Shown: positions 59,589 to 64,000 of the stretch, one piece after another | Position numbering within the stretch: position 1 is the first letter of the stretch | Layout of the letters: each line of letters opens with the position of its first letter | NCBI GenBank assembly: GCA_038087875.1 | Contig: CM075987.1 | Location: 19,284,001 to 19,348,000 of the forward strand | Length of the DNA: 64,000 nucleotides | Source: Malacoraja senta | Lineage: Eukaryota | Direction of reading: 5' to 3' | The notes under the pieces: generated by a model | The model's input: only the letters and a program-made list of their open reading frames with translations | What the model was told of the DNA's origin: nothing | Databases searched by the model: none | Program-made: the position numbers and the translations under genes

Positions 59589-61449
59589 TGACAATAAACT
59601 AAACTATACATCTTGTATCTGTGCACTGTGGACGGACAGCCTGATTCTAATCATGTATAGTCTTTCTGCTGACTGGTAAAGCACGGAACAAACAAAAACT
59701 TCTCACTGTACCTCGGTTTACGTGACAATAAAATATTCATCACAGTGCTAATCTCAGGCAGCTGATGATGTGAAATCCAAAATACTGGCAATGTGGCCAG
59801 TGGTGGAGTTGCTGCCTTACCGTTTTACAACCAGGCAAACAAAATGTCAATGTACAGCCCTCCAGTGGCATGTAGAGGTACTGCCAGGCAGTGCAGCATA
59901 TTGCTCAGCTTTGACTTCCAAAAATAAGGAACTGCAGATCCTAGTTTACAAACAAACATCCAAAAAGCTGGAGTAGCTCAGCAGATCAGGCAGCATCTCA
60001 GGAGAACGTGGATGAGTGACGTTTTGGGTCAAGATGTTTCTTCAGACTCACTCATTCTTCATAGACATCCAGTGATAGGTAACCCAGAGAACAATGGGCA
60101 TTATGAGCAGGACATTTTCTGCAACTGTGTCATGAGTTCCAAAGAAGCATGAAACATCAATCTATTTTAAATAAATTGGATAACAGCTGCAGTATAAGCA
60201 ACATCACTAGTGATTGTGTCTGATATAGCAGCATTGGAGAAGGTCCCGACCCAAAACATCACCCATTCCTTCTCTCCAGAGATGCTGTCTGTCCCACTGA
60301 GTTACTCCAGCATTTAGTGTCTAACTTCAATTTAAACCAGCATCTGAAGTTCCTTCCAACACATAGCAACATTGATCAGAACCAGTTGGCCTGAGTCAAC
60401 AGTGCCCCGGTTCACAGAGTAAATCAAAGTTTAGATACAAGGAACTGCAGATGCTGGAATCTTGAGCAAAACGCAAAGTGCTGGAGGAACTCACAGGTCA
60501 GGCAGAAGGGACCTGACCCAAAATATCGCCTTTCCGTTCCCTCCACAGATGCTACCCGACCTGCTGAGTTCCTCCAGCATTTTGTGTCAATCAAGATGTG
60601 TTCAATGCCTGAAGAGATCTCCAGGACAAATAGACCTCAAGAGATGACAAGAAAGAGAGAGCAAAAAAAAACAATATTTTAAATGATCTTAAATAGAATA
60701 CACAGGAGTAGAAATTGGCACTATCCATTCTAAATCCAGCCTGATACTTGATTCTATTGATTTCACTCATGTCAGAAGTTTAATTATCATCTGTTACTGA
60801 TTTATTTTAAATATGGATTTCTCGTTTTTAAATGATCATGTGTGTGCCAGCATTTCCTTTATACTTCTAGAGCTCAGAACAGTACACAATAAGAACTGGC
60901 CCTTCTGCCCACGTTGTCTGTGCTGATCACAACACGTGGGTTACACCCACAATTCTCTCTGCCTGTTCATTCGCCTGTCTAAATGCCTCTTAAATGTTGC
61001 TGTTGAATCTGCTTCCACCAGTCACTCTGACAGCATGTTCTCCGCCCAATATAAAAATACTTGCCAAATAAATCATTACATTTTCCCCCTCTCACCCTAA
61101 AACTCTGCTCTCTGCCATTTGACACTTGCATCTCGATACTTGTATCAGGTCTCCTCGCAGCCTCTGACGATTCAAATTTGTCCAATGGTCTGAGGAATGC
61201 TGTTAAGGCTCTTGCCATTAACTGTAGACTTTCCCTTTTACATTTGACCATTCTTCTTCTTATCGAGTCCACACACAAGATTAGAAGTTGTTCAGCCAGA
61301 GCTGAACACACTTCTCGGCATCTGCATACAATGGTGTCTGTCTTGTTTCTTGTGCGTGGTGGTGGAAAGATTGGTGAAAACAGGGCCGCGGCATGAACGC
61401 TCTTTCCTTGACCCCATTTAATCAGTGAATGATACCCTAACTACTCATG

Positions 61450-61669
61450 TTTAAGAAGGAACTGCAGATGCTGGAAAATCGAAGGTAGACAAAAATGCTG
61501 GAGAAACTCAGCGGGTGAGGCAGCATCTATAGAGCGAAGGAAATAGGCGACGTTTCGGGTCGAAACCCTTCTTCAGTCTGAAGAAAGGTTTCAACTCGAA
61601 ACGCTGCCTATTTCCTTTGCTCCATAGATGCTGCCTCACCCAGAGTTTCTCCAGCATTTTTGTCTACCT
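61450..61669. repeat. Penelope-derived palindromic repeat with two divergent hammerhead cores
   Basis: Minus strand 61546-61576 reads CTGAAGA-A-GGGT-TTCG-ACCC-GAAAC-GTC. A decayed plus-strand copy starts at 61578. The flanking CTAACTACTCATG occurs on both sides (61437-61449 and 61668-61680), like a TSD. Confidence 0.82.
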
Positions 61670-62179
61670 AACTACTCATGCTGACTCTTATATCTATCTC
61701 ATCAATGCTCAACTGACTTTCAGTAAGAAAAAACACTTCCAAAAGTCTGCCAGTCATTAAGTTTCTGGGACCAAAGTGGAAGGAGAGTGCCACAGACTAA
61801 CTGGAGCCTCCACCCTTGCAGTGGATCTCACTCCTTTGATGTACAACCAATCTCTTCATCATTCCCACCTAAAGGGCTGTTGTTAGTGGTACCTGCTACT
61901 GACTGAGGTTGACAGCAAAAACTTCAAATTGTTTCTTCAACGCTTAAGTTTGTTGCTTCTGGTCCTGCAGCTGAATCTTGTGTGATGGAAGAAACAGACA
62001 CATTAGAACCCTACCTTTGTAGGAATGTGCAAAAAAGAGTATTTTGTTACAGGCAACAATCCCAAGTGAATGCTCAGTCACTCGGATAACGCGTGTCGCA
62101 AGGAACAGGGACGGATCCAGTTTTCGAGGGATGGTTCCTAGATTAAGTAACATTCCCAATCAAGGAAACTGCAAATCCT

Positions 62180-62276
62180 TCGGATGAGATGTTAAATCAG
62201 GGCCCCTGACTCACTCTTCTCTACAGTGCCGCTTACAAGCAGCAAGGGAATTACCCTGGACACCGTGGCCAACATT
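62180..62276 (+). repeat. Ancient DeuSINE (Deu-domain) relic
   Basis: GGATGAGATGTTAAATCAGGGCCCCTGAC..AGCAAGGGAATTACCCTGGACACCGTGGCCAACATT resembles the AmnSINE1/SacSINE1 Deu domain. Recognised by eye only. Confidence 0.5.
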
Positions 62277-62515
62277 GAATTGAATACTTTATTGTCACAT
62301 GTGACAAGTCACAGTGAAATTCTCTACTTGCGTACCCAAGGTATGCAAATTGTCACCACGTAAAGTAAAGTTACAAAGTATCCCGCGCCAAGTCCTCCTT
62401 TGTTCTCCCCCACCCCCCCACGCCGGCTCCACCTTTGGTCTCCCAACCTCCCCCTCCCCCTTCCTCACAGTGGTTCCCCCCTCGCAGGGTCCTCCTTTGT
62501 TCTCAAAAGTCCTCA
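62277..62515 (-). mobile_element. Rex1-like 3' end fragment
   Basis: The minus strand reads GAATTTCACTGTGACTTGTCACATGTGACAATAAA followed by (TTCAA)n. Confidence 0.55.
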
Positions 62516-63439
62516 TTATCACACTGCAATCTTTGGAATCTTCCTATTTTTAGTCGATAACATGCCTTGGGACATCAATGTCATTCATTGCCTTCCTTCA
62601 ACTAGTGCAGTGATGAGGATCGTTATATCATAGTTGACCTGAAACAAAATATGACTGTGATTACATAATGTAGCATAGAGAAGGATGATTAAAAGTCAGT
62701 GGACGGGAGAGGGAGTACCCTGCTGTCTGTAGAATGCCGCACAATTAGACTGATGGCTTCTAGGAACTCTGTTCCTGAAGGCAGCGGGAGCAGCATGTGT
62801 GAATTCCATTGCTCTGACACATGTTGTTCTGTTCACAGCTGGTTCCTCCTGTCATTTTGCTTTCTCCTTCAACGAAACAATTAATTTACAAATTGCACAA
62901 GAAAGTTGAGACTGCAGGCAATGTCCCACAGATCAGTCAACAAAAGCAAGAAAAGCAAGACATAGTACACAAGTGCTGGAGTAACTCAGCGGGTAACTCT
63001 GAAGGACATGGATAAGTGATGTTTCGGGTCGGGACCCTTCTTCAGAGTGGGAAGGCTCACCGGCCAATAATTCCCTGGATTCTCACTACCTTGGCTATTC
63101 TCCAGTCCTCCAGGGCCTCACACATGGTTAAAGAAGATGCAAAGGGCTTAATCAAGCCTCCCACAATTTTCTCTCTTGCCTCTTTCAATAAGTTGGGATA
63201 GATCCTATCTAGTCATAGAGCATGGAAACAGGGCCTTCGGCCCAAATTGTCCATGCCAGTCAAGATGCCCCTTCTCAGCTAATCCTACGTTACCGAATAG
63301 ATGACATTTCAGTTTGAGACCCTTACGGTATGGGAGGGTACAGAACAAAGCAAAGCCTACATCAATAACTCAGGAAAGGCAGAGCGCACAATGGCACATT
63401 GTTGGTTGGGGACGAGGTGATAACAAAGGAATACCCTGG

Positions 63440-63735
63440 ATGGAGACGAGGGAAGAGGTGTGGGAACGGGTGCCACGTCACCTCTGGTTGCAGCTGAAAG
63501 CAACTGGGGAGGTGCATGTGAAACCCCTGTCTCACCTGGAAGGACTGCTGGGGTCCCTGAATGGAGGCGAGGGAGGAGGGACAGGTATTACATCACCTCC
63601 AGCCCCCAGTAAAAATATCTGGGGAAGTAGTGCATGCAAACCCTTGTCTCACCTGGAAGGACTGCTTGGGTCGCTGGAAGGAGGTGCAGGGACAGGTGTT
63701 GCATCTCCTGCACTTGCAACTGAAAGTGCCTGTGA
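63440..63735 (-). mobile_element. Penelope-like element coding remnant (Cys-rich linker before GIY-YIG), tandemly repeated
   Basis: The minus strand gives R*CNTCPSSLASIQGPQQSFQVRQ/FTCTS and a second copy CKCRRCNTCPCTSFQRPKQSFQVRQ. Confidence 0.7.
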
Positions 63736-64000
63736 ATCCCTGACTCACCTGGATGGAGGTGCAGAGACGGGGGGGACTACATCTCCCATGACGCCCCGCG
63801 CCCGGACATTGCTAGGCCTCGGGAAACAACGACGGAAACTCAAACCTTCCCGCCCCCTCAAGCTTCTCATTCTTCGCTGTACTGAAATAAAACTGCGCTT
63901 CACCATCGATCCCTCGTCCTCCATTTGCCAACGACCGCCCCTGATCGGCACCACCTACACCCACCCACCCCCAACCTGCCCAGTGATTGGCTGTCAAAGA

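Noticed and set aside
63745..64000. GC-rich end of window as the promoter of a neighbouring gene
   Set aside because: Truncated by the window edge, with a CCAAT (minus strand) and GC boxes but no associated exon; it could equally be another repeat.

Overview
Eukaryotic (vertebrate) genomic DNA, most likely from a cartilaginous fish such as a skate or ray. This is inferred from HE1-type tRNA SINEs, CR1/HER1-type LINE tails and DeuSINE relics; the species cannot be fixed from the sequence alone. The only host gene I can support is the 3' part of GPSM1 (AGS3) on the + strand: five GT-AG coding exons (18111-18181, 19133-19327, 31808-31967, 41526-41746, 43883-44065) splice in frame to give the linker and all four GoLoco motifs, followed by a ~2.5 kb 3'UTR with AATAAA at 46571. 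The TPR-encoding exons must lie upstream of the window. The rest is intron or intergenic DNA rich in transposons: a complete but decayed IR/DR-type Tc1 element, four PIF/Harbinger-like MITEs, a canonical non-autonomous Helitron, a 5'-truncated L1 with a target-site duplication, Rex1/Babar fragments, a full-length decayed DIRS1 retrotransposon (ITR/ICR, gag, RT-RNase H, methyltransferase-like domain, tyrosine recombinase), a young CR1 with an open 1036-codon ORF2, many CR1 3' fragments and SINEs, and many short Penelope-derived palindromes carrying minimal hammerhead-ribozyme cores. The best leads are the hammerhead palindromes, a GC-rich non-tRNA retroelement family with covarying Rex1-like 3' stem-loops, an LGN-like phospho-motif retained in this AGS3, and a sense-oriented DIRS with consensus splice donors inside the GoLoco region. 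I see no clearly new protein-coding system, and most short ORFs in the helper track are noise. All alignments were made by eye and many repeat boundaries are approximate.
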